Below the pieces are notes generated by a model, which saw only the letters and a list, made by a program, of their open reading frames with translations, was not told the DNA's origin and searched no databases. The translations under genes were made by a program, and so were the position numbers. DNA of 64,000 nt, taken from the NCBI RefSeq assembly GCF_009914755.1, contig NC_060925.1; one strand, written 5' to 3'. This document shows positions 13,350-29,745 of this stretch, in pieces (within the stretch, counting starts at the first letter, position 1; each line of letters begins with the position of its first letter). Source of the DNA: the human T2T-CHM13v2.0 reference genome, Homo sapiens.

Positions 13350-16300
13350 TTGATTTCTGACCTAGCATATATTATCATAAGTGCCCTATGTGTACTTGAA
13401 AGGAATATAAATTCTGTATGTGTCAGTTAAATCAAGATGGTTAATCATGTTCAAATCTTCTATTTCTTTTCTGATTTTTTTTTACCTGCTCTGTCAGTTA
13501 CTAGAAGTGGTATATTAAAAACTCTGATCATGACTGTGAATTAGTTTGTTTTTCTTTAGTCCTTTCAACTTTTGAAGTTATATTAACTGATAAAGCTATG
13601 TTAAGTTCATTATACATTTAAGATAGCTATCTTTCTGTTGAATTTGGCCTTTTATCATCATAAAATGTCCCTTTTATTACTTGCAGTATTTCTTGTCTTG
13701 AGGTCTACTTTGATGTTAATACCACTATATCTTCTTTCTTTTGTTAGTGTTTACATAGTATATCTTTTCCCATCCTTTACTTTCAACTACCTGTGTCTTG
13801 ATATTTAAAATGTGCTTCTTAAAAAGAGCTTGTGGTTGAATTTTGTTTTTTTATCCAGCCCAAAAATCTTTTAATTAGAATGCTTGTTTAGTTCATATAT
13901 ATTTCATGTAATTATTGATATAGTTAAATTTATATCTAGTATCTTGTTTTCACTTCATTTTTTATATTCTATTCTTTTCCTTCTTTATCAAGTCTTTTTT
14001 AAAAATAAATTCCATTTCATCTCCAATATAAACATTTGTGTTTTGCCTTTAGTCCTTCCTTTAGTTATTATACTGGAAATTTAAAAATGTATTCTTACCC
14101 TAGTTTAATAGTATGTCCTGAATATGTCATGTCCTGAATAATTCAGGAATCTTATAATAGTTTAACTTTATCCCCTTTCTCTTTTGTGCAGTTGTTTCAT
14201 GTATTTTACTTCAATGTATGTTATAAACTCAAGATGTTATTTTTTTCAGAAAGAAAAACCCAAAAAAATAAAAGCAAGATGTTATTTTGTTACAAACACT
14301 CAGTAGACTTTTATTATTACCCACATATTTATACAATCTGGTACTGTTTATTTCTTACTGCTCTTCAGTTTTTCCAGCTGGGTTAGATTGAATTCTCCCA
14401 GCTTTCTTTTTGTCTGAGGGCATCTTCGTTTTGCAATTTTTTCTAAGATACTTTTGCTGGATTTGGAATTCAAAGTTGGCAATTTTTTTCCTTTCAGCAA
14501 TTTAAAGCTTTCAATACATCACCTTCTGGCTACCATAATTTCTGCTGAAAAAAGGCAGCTGTTAAGTATTATTGTTTTCCTGAAGATAAACTGTGTTTAT
14601 TAATATTTTCTCTGTATCTTTGATTTTTTAGCAATTTGACCATGATATGCCTTACTGTAATGTGGTTTGCTTGCTATTTATCCTCCATGGGGTTTGCTGA
14701 GCTTCTTGAGTCACTGGGTTGATAACTTTCATTATGTTTGTAAAATTCTTGGTCATTATCTCCTCACATCTTCCTTTTGTCCCATCCTCTCTCTTCTCTC
14801 TTTCTGGGACCCCAGTCAACATGTTTTTTAGATCTCTTGACTGTATTCTATATCTCTTGCATTCTGTTACCTTTTTTTTTTTAACCTCTCCGCATTGCAA
14901 CTGAATGTTCTCTATTAACCTGACTTTGAGTCCCCTACTTCTGTCTTCTGTTGTATTCAGTCTGCTATTAAACCCATTCATTGTATCCTTTTGAAAACTG
15001 AGGTATAAAGCAAAATTTCCCCTTTGTAGTATACAGTTCTGTGAGTTTTGACAAATGCACACTCTCATATAACCACTACCACAATCAAGATAGAGAATAA
15101 TGTCATCACCCCCCAAAATGTCCTCATGCCCGTTTGCAGATAACCCCTTAACTCAGTCCCCATCCCCTGACAACTACTAATCTGTTTTCTGACCCTGTAG
15201 TTTTGCCTTTTCCAGAATGTCCAATGAATGGAGTAATACACTATGGCTCTTTTCATTTAGCACAATGCATTTGAGATTCATTCATGCTGCATGCAAGAGT
15301 AGTTTCATTACTTTTTATTGCTGAGTAGTATTCCATCATATGGATGTACCACAAGTTGTTTATCAATTTACCAGTTTCAGAACATTTTAGTTTTTCCAGT
15401 TGTTGGCAATTATGAATAAAGCTACTAAAAATATTCACCTTCTTCATATCAGACATTCATGTCTATGAACAGATGTTATCATTTGCTAACTTAAAGTCTT
15501 ATATTTAACTCTAGGACATTCATTGGATTTTTAGAAAATAAATTCTAGTTCTCTGTTAAAATACTCCATCTTTTGATCCATGTAGTCCATCTTTTCCTCT
15601 GTTTCCACTTTAACATAAATGTGTTACTTTGAAGTCTTTTTCTGCCAACAACATCTTAGGTCTACTTTTTGGGAGTTTCTTTGTTTTTACATTTTGAGGT
15701 GTTCTTTTCTTAGCTTTTTTATTGATGCATAGTAACTGTACATATTTATGAGGCATGTAATATGTTTATACGTGCATACAGTGTGTAATGATCAAATCAT
15801 TGTATTTAGAATACCCATCACCTTGAACATTTATTATTTCTTTGTGTTGGGGACATTTCCAATCTTTTCCTCTAGCTATTTTGAAATACAAAATATATGT
15901 TAACTATAGCCATCATTGTGATATCAAACACTAGAACTTATTCCTTATCTTGGGTCTACTTTTATTGACTGTTTTGTCACTTGAGTATCAATCACTTTCC
16001 TGTTTCACCTATTAATGTTTTATTGTGCTAGACATGGTGGATGATACATTGCAGAGGTTCTAGATGATGCTGTCTCTACACAGAATGTTGAGTTTTGTTC
16101 TGGCAGGCAGTTAAGTTGCTGAGGAATAATCGTGATTCTGTTGTAACTTCATGTTAGACAATGTTATGGTAAATTTATTTCACTTTTGCACTGAGTCCTA
16201 AGGCATAGTCCCAGGACTGAATGTGTAGGATGTTCACTTAGGTCTCTTTACTTTGTCTAGATCAGGAGATGCTAGTATATTCTTAGCACTAAGACCCCTC

Positions 16301-16920
16301 TGAAATCTTGTCCAACATTTAGCCACCCAGAAGTTGTTCTTTACTACACCTTTGAGGGTTATGCCCTGTACATGTGCAGCTTAGGGGTTCAAGGACAATC
16401 TCTTTACACATTTTTGGGTTATGTTCTGTCTAGCTCCTTTCTTTTTAGCACTCTGCTTCCCAAAATCTACCTCACAGCCCCAAGCTCTTATCTCCATTTT
16501 TTTTTTTTTTTTTTTTTTTTTTGCACCCAGGGAGATAATTGCTCTCTACTTGAACTGTATTTCCTTTCAGTGGTGTTTGGAAAACATCTTTAGGGAAAGG
16601 AAGGGTGCGTGCAGGGATCACCTTTGGTGCTTTCCTTCACTCAGCTGTCTCAGCTGTGAGCTATTTTTATCCATTACTTGAAAGCTATTGTTTTATTTAT
16701 TTGTCCAATCTTATTTATTTATGAAGGGAGAGTAATGTTGATATCAGCTACGTTATTGTGAGTGAAACTGGAAGCCTCCTAAATTCTTCTTTCAAAAAAA
16801 TTGTCAAATATTCAGTAAATTAACTAGATTTGATAATTTGTAAAACTCTAGGATTTCAAAGTTGTAATATGGAATAACTGAATCATAGGCTTGCCTAAAA
16901 AAATGTTTGATTTTTCCTAG

Positions 16921-16986
16921 ACATCACTTAGTGCTCTTACCCAGCTGATGAAAAAGATGCCCCATTTCCGAAAACAGATTACTAAG
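16921..16986 (+). CDS. STXBP3: STXBP3 coding exon, ~exon 12
   Basis: tttttcctag acceptor; TSLSALTQLMKKMPHFRKQITK; donor AAG|gtaagc. Confidence 0.96.
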
Positions 16987-17611
16987 GTAAGCAGTATTGT
17001 ATATGAGATACCTGATTAGTTTTAGTTTATATTCAGTTTATATTCAGTTCTGTAGTTCGATTTAGCAGTGGGTTTCGTGGAATACTTGGTGTTATTTGTC
17101 CTCTAAAACCTTACTATAGGTCTGAGAAATATCCCATATATCTAAGCTTCTTCATAACTTCTCTATATGTATAACCTAGATTTATCTGAATCCAGCTTAA
17201 AGTTTCTATATCTTTGTCTTGAATAGCCTAACAGAGTCACATTTATCAACCTTACAAGAAATTCAGCACTAGATTGACTAGTGGATGTTATTCTACATGT
17301 TTCTTTAAAGTAATAGTTACTTACTAGTAGATTTAAGAGCATTTAAGCTGTTTAGTCAGGTAAACTATTTTTTTGCTCCTTAAAAACACTATCAGAATAA
17401 TCTTAACATTTTTGTCATGTTGCACCCTAGTCAACCAATGATTTTTGTGTGTGTTAAAATACTTGAAACATTTAGAAAGATAAATAGAATATGAACTTGA
17501 AGAACTTCTGGGTATTTTTCTCATGTTATTTTTCATTACTGTCAAACTCAACACAAATTCAACAATTCAATGCTTCCATCCCATTTATGCTGTCTGTTGA
17601 TTGCCTCCTGT

Positions 17612-17992
17612 TGTATTAGTCTGTTCTCACATTGCTGTAAGGAAATACCCAGGACTGGGTAATTTATAAAGGAAAGCGGTCTAATTGACTCACAGATCTA
17701 CAAGGCTGGGAAGGCCTTAGGAAACTTACAGTCATGGCAGAAAGCAAAGGGGAAGCCAGGCACCTTCTTCACAAAGCTACAGGAGGGAGAAGTACAAGCA
17801 GGGCACATGCCAGACACTTGTAAAACCATCAGATCTCATGAGAACTCACTTACTATTATGAGAACAGCATGGGGAAAATCACTCCCATCATCCCATGTTC
17901 CAAACACTTCCCATCAGGTCCCTCCCACAACACATGGGGATTATGGGAACTACAAGATGAGATTTAGGTGGGGACATAGCCAAACCATTTCA
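17612..17992 (-). mobile_element. Solo MaLR LTR (THE1D/MST-like)
   Basis: tgtattagtc...caaaccatttca; TSD CCTGT at 17607-17611 and 17993-17997. Confidence 0.88.
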
Positions 17993-18165
17993 CCTGTAAA
18001 TCACCTTCTCATTTACTTCCTTTCTTGAGCTGTTCCCTTGCTTACATGTTACCTTCTTTCACCTCAGCCCATACTTTCTTTCAGGCCTGTCTCAAAAGTT
18101 TAATATTACCAGTTGCACAAAAGTCATTAAAATCCTTTAAATGATTGATTTCTTCTGTTTTTCAG

Positions 18166-18246
18166 CAAGTTGTCCATCTTAACTTAGCAGAAGATTGCAT
18201 GAATAAGTTCAAGCTTAATATAGAAAAGCTCTGCAAAACTGAACAG
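18166..18246 (+). CDS. STXBP3: STXBP3 coding exon, ~exon 13
   Basis: tttttcag acceptor; QVVHLNLAEDCMNKFKLNIEKLCKTEQ; donor CAG|gtatgt. Confidence 0.97.
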
Positions 18247-18619
18247 GTATGTGCAGAGTCAGAAATGCCTCTGTTCATAACAAATTTCAAGGATAAACTT
18301 TGTAAGTTAAAACCTAACTTTTTGCTTGATACAGTGGTTGGTTTTTACAGAATCACAGACTCTCTCTTATCAGGGGAGCCACCTAGGCAGTATTTAATGT
18401 CATTCCCCGCTAACATTAACAAGTAGCTGTAGAGTATCTTAGTAAACAGTCCCTCCTAATATATTATATATTTTTTGTTTAATGGAATGATTTAAATTTT
18501 GGGAGCATGATTTCAGGGTGGCATTATTGGCAGGACCTTCTCAGTACGGGATTTAATATAGCATCCAGCAGAGCTCATTTTACAAGGGGCCTTTTATATC
18601 ATGCCTCAACTGTTTAGAC

Positions 18620-19050
18620 CATTGCCCCTCATAGAATACAAGCTGCATGTAATTTTAATTATTCTAATAGCCATGTTAATGCAGGTAAAAATTAAAAAGT
18701 GCAATTAATTTTACGAATAAGTTGGGTGCAGTGGTGTGTGCTTATAGTCCCAGCTATTCAGGAGGCTGAGGTGGGAGGATTGCTTGATCCCAGGAGTTTG
18801 AGGGCAGCCTGGGCAAGACCCTGTCTCTTTAAAAAAAAAAAAGAAAAAAAAAACTTTGACAACCTGATGTATTCAAAATATTATTTCAACATATAATCAG
18901 TATAAAAAGTTATTAATTAGATAATTTTGCATTGTATTACTTCAAGTCTCCTGGTGTTTTGTACCTACAGCACATCTTAATTCAGACTGATCCCATTTCA
19001 AGTGTTCAGTAGTCATATGTGGCTAGTGGCCACAGTACTGGATAGCATAG
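18620..19050 (+). mobile_element. MER33-like hAT element interrupted by a FLAM (~18720-18853)
   Basis: catgtaattttaa...atgtggctagtggc...ggatagcatag; Alu monomer inside. Confidence 0.7.
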
Positions 19051-19204
19051 GTTTAGATTAATGATTTTTATCTTCTCTGATTTATTTTTTGACCTTTTGT
19101 ATTTTGTATAAACAATAGTTTACAAGTGATGTTCATATTTTCTTGTGTAATGTCATCAGTGTTCCATTAAAATTTGACAAGATTTAATAATAGATTTTGT
19201 GTGT

Positions 19205-19501
<297 letters not shown>

Positions 19502-19572
19502 AATAATAGATGTTTTTAACTAAAAAATGAATTTTGGTTATAGATCACTGACAATATTTTATTTTCATTAAG

Positions 19573-19711
19573 GACCTCGCACTTGGAACTGATGCAGAAG
19601 GACAGAAGGTGAAAGATTCCATGCGAGTACTCCTTCCAGTTCTACTCAACAAAAATCATGATAATTGTGATAAAATAAGAGCAATTCTACTTTATATCTT
19701 CAGTATTAATG
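19573..19711 (+). CDS. STXBP3: STXBP3 coding exon, ~exon 14
   Basis: cattaag acceptor; [46 protein letters not shown]+G; donor gtaatg. Confidence 0.97.
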
Positions 19712-19958
19712 GTAATGGAGATAATCACTTTTTAATAAGTATTTTACTATTGATCATAAAAGAATCTTTGAAAACTGAAAGATAGTTGCTGAACTTGGTT
19801 AAGATAAAAGGGAAAATATGAAATCGAGAGAAGACTGAAGGAGATATAATTTGACTGTTTTTTATTTTAAAAGCTTCATTCATGGGTACTACCTAAAGCC
19901 TTGAAATTATTTTGGTAGCAATTGTGTGATTGTGCACTCATATTTTTACCTATTTAAG

Positions 19959-20065
19959 GAACTACGGAAGAAAATTTGGACAGGTTGATCCAGAATGTAA
20001 AGATAGAAAATGAGAGTGACATGATTCGTAACTGGAGTTACCTTGGTGTTCCCATTGTTCCCCAA
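19959..20065 (+). CDS. STXBP3: STXBP3 coding exon, ~exon 15
   Basis: atttaag acceptor; (G)TTEENLDRLIQNVKIENESDMIRNWSYLGVPIVPQ; donor CAA|gtaaga. Confidence 0.96.
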
Positions 20066-20410
20066 GTAAGAAGTCTTATGTTGTGTATATACTTTATATG
20101 TATGTGTATGTATGGTTGTATGTATTAACTGTTTTTTTTTTTTATGTGGACAGTCTTCTTAAGTTCACTCTATAGATTTTGAATAAGTAAGCAATTAAAG
20201 ATTTTGTTCTCTTTTCCATATGTAATTTGGGCAAATGCAGTTTTCTAGCGAATTTGTATTTTATGGCTTCTGTCATAATTCACTACTTACATTTTTGTCT
20301 TTATGATTCATTTATAACAATTGTCATATTTTAGTTAAACGTGTAACCTTTAACTATAATATGGCAGAGAAAATAAGTATATATTTTCTTGATTAAAAAA
20401 ATTTAGGCTC

Positions 20411-20700
20411 GCTGGGTATGGTGGCTCACACCTGTAATCCCAACACTCTGGGAGACGCTGAGGCAGGAGGATTTCTTGAGCCCAGGAGTTCGAGACCAGC
20501 CTGGGCATCATAGTAAGACCTCGCCTCTACAAAAAACAAAAAAATAACCAGGTGTGTTGGTGTGTACCTGTAGTCCCAGCTACTCAGGAGGCTGAGGATC
20601 TCATAAGCTCAGGAGGTCAAGGCTGCAGTGGGCCAAAATCACACCACTGTACTCCAGCACAAAGTGAGACTCTGTCTCAAAAAAAAAAACAAAAAAAAAA
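20411..20700 (+). mobile_element. AluJ
   Basis: Dimer with A tail. Confidence 0.88.
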
Positions 20701-20753
20701 GGCTCAAAGTCAAATTTTGAAGAGCTCTATTTAGAATCTCACTCTTTCCCATC

Positions 20754-21282
<529 letters not shown>

Positions 21283-21483
21283 TAGCATTAAAGCACAAAA
21301 TACTGTTCAGTGGAGTTATGCGACCACACTCAGATTTTTTAAAATAGGCATCTCCACTCTTAGTTTTAAGTCAAATACAATATAGTATTTACTGGTAAAT
21401 TAAATATCTTCGTTAGGAAACGTAAGAGTATTATATTTGAATAGAATTACTGGTTTTTAATTTTTTTCCTCTAATTGTATTAG

Positions 21484-21576
21484 TCTCAACAAGGCAAACC
21501 GTTAAGAAAGGATCGGTCTGCAGAAGAAACTTTTCAGCTCTCTCGGTGGACACCTTTTATCAAAGATATTATGGAG
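21484..21576 (+). CDS. STXBP3: STXBP3 coding exon, ~exon 16
   Basis: [31 protein letters not shown], containing the SM motif LSRWTP; donor GAG|gtaaaa. Confidence 0.97.
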
Positions 21577-21590
21577 GTAAAAATCATTAA

Positions 21591-22051
<461 letters not shown>

Positions 22052-23558
22052 TGAAGATTCTTTTCTTAAAGACCTCAGACAAACTCACACCACTGACTGT
22101 TTCAAAAAAAATAAAATAAACACATATATGCTTTATAAAAAATACTGCTTTGTTTTAATAACTGTATGTGGCAAAATATAATTTATTTGAATGAAAGTTC
22201 AACAAAATAACATTTGTATGTGGACCACTATTAAAAAGTATTAGATGCCAATATTCTTGGAAATGTTTTTGGATTAAAATGTAAACTTCATTATAGTTTG
22301 CTGTCAGATGAATCATGCCTTTAATACTGTTTACACTTAGAGAACATTATTCAATTATAGGAAATTATAAAATGAGCTAATTTTAAAATTATGAGCTTAA
22401 TAAAATCATGACACTGATTCTTCGGTCATGATCATATAGTTTTTATTCCCCTTTTCCTTTGACTTAAACCCCAGTTTATACTTTCTTTTGGGAGCTAATT
22501 TGGTACAGTGCATAACTATGATTTCTCTGTTTTGCTTGGCTAATTTTATGTTATTCACACATGCTTAAACATATATGAAAAATCTAAAGAATTTAGACTT
22601 TGTTTTCTCTAACATAAGAATTTTTTTTCCTTTCTCACAGGGATGATATAGAACTAAGTAGTTTCTTATGGCTAGTTTTTTGTTTTTTTGTTTTTAAACA
22701 TATTCCTAATCAGTTTACCATGGCTAGTATTTGTAAAATAAGAAATGACTTTCTTGAACCCCTTAACAAAGATTTGCATGTTAAATTCAGAAAATACACA
22801 TTTGGATCCATGACAGTCTTAGGCCTTTAGAATTTCTCCTGAAACTTGATTTCCTCCCTTCTTGCAGTCTTACTGAAATATTCTTGGACTACTGAGTACT
22901 TTGTGCCCAATCCATGTGCCCACTTGTTAATACTACTTGTACTACCATGCCGTAAAGCAGTGGTCTCCATACTTTTCAGTTCATGCACACCTAACCATAA
23001 AAAAAATGTGAACATGAACCTATTTACTTATAAGTTAAGCATTACTGTAATAAAAAATATATAATCTATGTATACAGTATATTTATATACATACATATAT
23101 CATAAAATCTAACATTGAAAAAAGGGAAAATTTTAAAGAATAAAATGAAAAGGAAAACTTCCCATATCCCATTGAATTGTCTTGAGTACCCCTAGGCCAT
23201 AGCAGTAGTAGCTATGAAGGGCAAAGCTTTAGAAGTGTGTCACGACTGGAATAATGATTAGAGACCCCCGGCACCATAGAACTAAAGGCTCTGATAAGGT
23301 GCCTGGAATCCTTATAACAGCATGGGGACCCTCCAAATGAAGAAAGGGAGTCATGCAGCAAATATTGGTGTAATAAGTAAATGATTTCACTGATTTTTGA
23401 AGGAAATAAGGTTTGTGAGTTTCAAAGAAAAGACTAATCTTATACTAAATATTTATGTCTAAGGTTCCTCAATTGCAAATGCAAGTTTTGACCTTTATGC
23501 CAAACAAAGTCCTGCAATTTACAATTTTATTGATGGAATTAACTCTTTCCTTCCTTAG

Positions 23559-23644
23559 GATGCTATTGATAATAGATTAGATTCAAAAGAATGGCCATAT
23601 TGTTCCCAGTGTCCAGCAGTATGGAATGGTTCAGGAGCTGTAAG
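23559..23644 (+). CDS. STXBP3: STXBP3 coding exon, ~exon 17
   Basis: ttccttag acceptor; DAIDNRLDSKEWPYCSQCPAVWNGSGAV+AG; donor gtaaat. Confidence 0.96.
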
Positions 23645-24999
23645 GTAAATTCTACAAGTGAAAATCAATGAAATTTTCATTCTACGGACTAATAATTTAA
23701 AATGGTACACAGATACTCATATTTGGCAACTTTCTTTCAAGTATATAATCCTGTATTTTTTCTTTAACTGTAACTTGTTTTAAATGAATCCAGATAAGCA
23801 ATATGAAAATGTACTTTATTATAAAAAATATTTTCATGAAACAAGAAGTATTTCCTTCCCCACCTCCTCTTCCTTCACATAGCAGAGACCTTAATCCTTT
23901 TTGATAATTATTTTTGTGTTGAGGTACTTTAAACATTTAAAAAGATACAGAGAATGTTACAATGCATACCCTTATGCCCAGTGCCCAGCTTATTAACTAA
24001 ATCATTATAATTCAAGCTTCCTGTATATCACACTATGGTTTTATTATTTTCCCTTATTTTCTGTCCTGAATTTGGTGTTTATTGCCTGTATGTCTTTATA
24101 CTTTTTCTACATATGTTTGTATCCTAAACAGTGTCTTGAGTTATATCTTGCAGGATTTCCTCTTGATCTTTGGCTTTCAGCCTTTAACTGTGTTGTGTCT
24201 AGGTATAGTTCTCTTTGTGTTTATTCTACCTGAGGATTGTTGAGTTTCTTAAATCTGCAAGTTAATAATTTTCATCAAATTTGGGAAGTTTTCAGGCATT
24301 ATTTTTTTCAAATATTTTTCTGCTCCTTTCTCTCTCCTTCCTTTCTTTCTGAAACTCCTGTTACACATAAGTTGGAGGGTTTGACATTGTCCTGTGAGTT
24401 ACTGAGGCTCTTTTCTTTCATCTTTTTAAAATTTGTTATTGTACTTTCACATGTAGAATTTCCATTTGATTTTTTTAAATTTCCATTTCTGACTGTTGAG
24501 ATTCCCTGTTGTTAACTTGTTACCATATTTTTCTTTTTAATTCTTTTGATCATATTTATAATTGCTTGGAAGTCCCTAACATCTGAGTCTACTCAGGGTT
24601 AATTCCTACTGAATGTTTTTTTTTCCCCCAAGTATGAGTCACACATTCCTGTTTCTTTGTATATCTACTAATTTTTGGTTGAAAATTGGACCTTTTAGAT
24701 AATGTATTATAGCAACTCCAAATTGTTTTAGTAATTTGTGTGGACTTTGAACTATGGAATCTTTCTCTCTTGCTCTCTTGTAGCCACTGATGTCCTTGTT
24801 GAGTTTTTAAAATTTTTTAATTTTTTATCTTAGCTTCTAGTGGTTGCCCCTATGTCTGTGTAGTTTAGAGGTCAGTCAGTTATCTGTTCAGACACTTCAA
24901 GCCTGTATGGCTTCCATCCTCTACTGATCAAGCTGAGTGTGGGTTAGGGGTTGCATTCCAAAATAGGCAGTTCTTAAGTCTCCCTCCTTTTTTTAATTT

Positions 25000-25307
25000 T
25001 TTTTTTTTTTTTAAATAGAGGCAAGGCCTCTCTCTGTTGCCCACACTGGAGTGCAGGAGTGCAGTGGCATGATCGTAGCTTACTATAAACTCAAACGCAT
25101 GGGCTCAGGTGAGCCTCCCACCTCAGCCTCCCAGGTAGCTAAGGTTCCAGGTATATGCCACCACACCCAGCTAATTTTTAAATGTCTTGTAGAGACAGGG
25201 TCTCACTATGTTGCCCAGGCTGGTCTTGAACTCCTGGGCTCAAGCGATCTTCCTGCCTCAGCCTCCCAAAGCACTGGGATTATAGATGTGAGACACTGCA
25301 GCCAGCC
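25000..25307 (-). mobile_element. AluJ
   Basis: Diverged dimer. Confidence 0.85.
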
Positions 25308-25453
25308 CTTTTTTCCCTCATTTTTTTTCCTGGACTTTCTCAGGTTTTCCCCACACATGCATAGTTTAGCAGTCAACTAATGATGTGTAGAGAGCTTATC
25401 TTTTCTTTCTTTGGCTTCTTTACTTCTGGGATTTCCTTATTAAATTTCTACCT

Positions 25454-25765
<312 letters not shown>

Positions 25766-26800
25766 GTACCTGATTGGCTGCCCATCCTAAGTTGAGACCA
25801 CACCTAGCAAAGCTGCAGGATTTTGTACTCGCCTCACTGCCCCACCTTGAATCAAGTCTTCCACCAATGCAGTAAAGCTATAACTTTTATCTGACTGAGC
25901 TGGGAGAGCAGTGAGGGTTAGATGCAGCCCAGGCTAGAAGGTTACATATTCACCACCACCGTTCTTACCAGATATGTTAGCAGATATTCAAGATTAAATG
26001 CTTCTCAATTTGTTGTCTGCCTATGGTTTCCAGTTAACCTGAAATGTTTTGTTTTGTTTTCCCCACAATTTCATCCAGGAATATACTTGTTTTCTTAGAG
26101 GGGAATCTCCTGACCACCTTATTCTGCCATGACCACAAGTGCTCTCTATCTTATGTTTTTAAACTTAATATAGTGTCATATTGTGTGTCCTCCTGCAGCC
26201 TGCTTTTTTGTTTCTGTCACATTATGTTTGTGAAATTTATCCCAGACTGATACATGCATAAATTTTCACTGCTAGTTGGTATATAGTTATATGAGTATAG
26301 CAACTTATTCATCTGTTTTCCACATGATAGAAATTTAGGCTATCTCAAAACTGGCATTATTACAAACAGTATGCAGTGAGCATTCTTGTACTTTTACGTA
26401 TATCTGGATAGGGTGCTTCCCTTGGACTGAGGACTTTTCTTTACTTTTGTTTTATTTTTTCCTTTTCTACAAAAGGTTTGGAGGTTATGTTATCTATTTT
26501 TATTCTTGTAGCAGTTTATTACTAAGCATATTTGACTCAACAAAGTCGAAGATTAATTAGTATCTCTGCCCTCCTCTTGAACAATACAAGAACCTTAGAC
26601 CAACTGGATGTAAACCATGCACCCCTTAAATGTTATAATACTTCATTTGTGTTCACTTTGTATCTTTTTTACCCCCCATATTACTAAGCAGCATTATTGG
26701 TTTTTTAAAATTCAGTTGTATGTGCATGTGAACCTGTTAAATCGCCCACCACCCCTTTCGTGTGGGCTCAGTTTCTTTCTTTCTGAAGTGTATCCTTTGA

Positions 26801-27124
<324 letters not shown>

Positions 27125-28751
27125 AGCGGTGGTAGTCTTTACAGTTTTATCCGTTTCTTCATTTGGTCGTTGTTCTTAGCCAGCTATGAATTTCTAAGAG
27201 CTGAGTTATGTTCAGTCAACACTTGTAGAAAATATTCTGCTGTTTCCAGGGTTCTACTTTAGCTCTTGGGAAGGTGGAGGGGGTTGTGTTTTCTGTCAGT
27301 CTTGTACCTTTGTAAATAATTAACCTTTTTTCTCTGGTTGTTTTTTGTCCTCGGTTCTGTATATTCTCTGTGCTATGTGTATCTGAGGATTTATTTTTAT
27401 TTCTTTCTTTGGAATTCATTTATGTTTCCTGAATCTGAGGATTTACATCTTTCATAAATTCTTCAAATATTGCCACTTCTGTAGTCTTGGTTTTGTTAGA
27501 ACATCTTATTCTGTCATAATGTCTCTTAATTTCTTAAACTTTTTTGTTTCTTCTGCTGGTGTTTCATTCTAGAAATTTTTCTTCAGATTTAGTTTTCAGT
27601 TCTTTAGGTCTCTCTTACACTGTGTCTCATCTGCTGTATAAGCTGTTTTTTCTTTTTCTATTTTCAGTGACTTTATTTTTCTGTTTTAGAAGTTCTCATG
27701 TTTCTTTTTTAAACATGCTTGGACTTTTTGTTATTTCTTATTTTGTCATACTCTCTATCCTCCTTTATTGTCTATTGTCATTTTAAACATACCTAATTTG
27801 TAGTCTATATCTAATAAATTCACTAATTTATACTCTTTGGGTTCAATTCTGTTGCCTTTTATTTCTGCAGACTCATAGTTACTTATTTCAGTATGTGTCT
27901 TGTAATTTTGAATGCTGAGTTTATTTCAGTAGCCAGCATTGAGAACGCATCCCTTCAGGCAGGTTTTGCATGTGCTTTTGCCAGATTAGAGGTTTTTTCT
28001 TTTTTGTATTAATGTCTCAGTTTGGGGTTCCTCAGACCATGAAGGTAGTATGATTAATACCTAAGACTCTGTGAGACAGGCCTGTGGCTAAATTATCAGA
28101 GGAGAAGCTTCCTTGCATCTCCCCTTGCCTTTGAGGTTGTCCTGACCTTATGCAGGGTGTCAGCTCCCAATCTGTACCTTGCACAGTACCCAGGGCTCGG
28201 CCCCTTGTTTGCTAACATCAGAAAATACTCCACAAGGCAGACCAAGCCTCAACTCAGTTTACCATTCTAGTATTTAGCTTCCTTTTTACCAATAGCCCTG
28301 GAGATTTCTCTGACTTGTTTACTCTCAGCTATGCTTTAAAAACATGTTTCCTCTTAATCAGTGCTCCTTGGTGCTATTTAGAGGGAAGTTTTCAGGATCT
28401 AGGGATTTAATTATCTTTATATCTCTCAGTCTTCACATGTGTGTGAAACAAATTAAATATAATCCCGTTACTCTAAAATTGCTATTCAGAAGCTTAGAAA
28501 TTGTTAGAATTGTTTTGAGCAGTGTTGTCTCCTTTTCTTTTGCCTTCTTACTCTATTTCTCTCTGTTGAAACAGTTCTTAAGCCAAAGTTATTAATACGT
28601 CCTTGACTTTGGGAACAAGAGTGGGTCTTGTTCCTGTTTCATCTTTCAAAAGGAAAGGAAATTTTTAATTTTAGTTTTTAAAATTTGTTTCCTGTTGTTC
28701 ACTGCCTCATTCTTTAAGGTAATGAATGGAAGCAATCATCTGAAAGGCTAG

Positions 28752-29061
<310 letters not shown>

Positions 29062-29088
29062 AAGAACATTATTAAAAGTTTGCTATGG

Positions 29089-29257
29089 GGCTGGGTGCCG
29101 TGGTGCACCCCTGTAAGTCCACCTACTTGAGGCTGAGGTGGGAGGATTGCTTGAGCCTAAGAGTTCGAGGCTGTAGTGCCCTGTGATGATGCTGGTCCGC
29201 AGCTGCTGCACTGTAGCCTAGGCAACATAGCAAGACCCCATCTCTAACAAAACAAAA
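29089..29257 (+). mobile_element. FAM (fossil Alu monomer)
   Basis: 7SL-like monomer with extra central segment (gctgtagtgccctgtgatgatgctgg); TSD aaaa(g/a)tttgctatg. Confidence 0.7.
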
Positions 29258-29532
29258 ATTTGCTATGAGATCCTATACTGCAAGGCATTCTAGGTCATCC
29301 AGAACAGTGGCTCTCAAAGTAGGTAACAAAATGAACAATTGGGTACTTATTTTTACCTAAAAAAGAAGAAATTAAGTTTTACTAATATATACTAGTACAC
29401 ATATGTCATTTACACATTAATATATTTGTTTATAAATGAATGTTTATTTTGAAATATTTACTTTTCAAATAAAAGCTAAAAATTTTTACCAGTGGAGCTT
29501 GTGAACAAAAAAAGTAATTCCTATGCTCTAGA

Positions 29533-29745
29533 GCAGTGCTAGCCAATAGAACTTTCTGCAGTGATAGAAAGGTTCTATATTGGCACTGTCCAGTATGACA
29601 GCCACTAGCTACATGTGGCTTTTGGGTACTGGATATGTGGCTAAGTATGGATGAAGAACTGAATTTCTTATTTCATTTAATTTCAACTAATTTAAATTTA
29701 AATAGCCTCATGTGGCTAGTGGCTACTATATGGGATTCTGGGGAT
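29533..29745 (+). mobile_element. MER3-like hAT-Charlie
   Basis: ccaatagaactttctgcagtgat...agccactagctacatgtggc. Confidence 0.75.

Noticed and set aside
14652-15116. 154-aa minus-strand ORF
   Set aside because: A chimera of a decayed L1 ORF1 remnant and an L1 3' end; no gene structure.
17023-17050. Short tandem duplications (agtttatattc twice; also at ~1069 and ~14113)
   Set aside because: Ordinary slippage duplications with no array structure.
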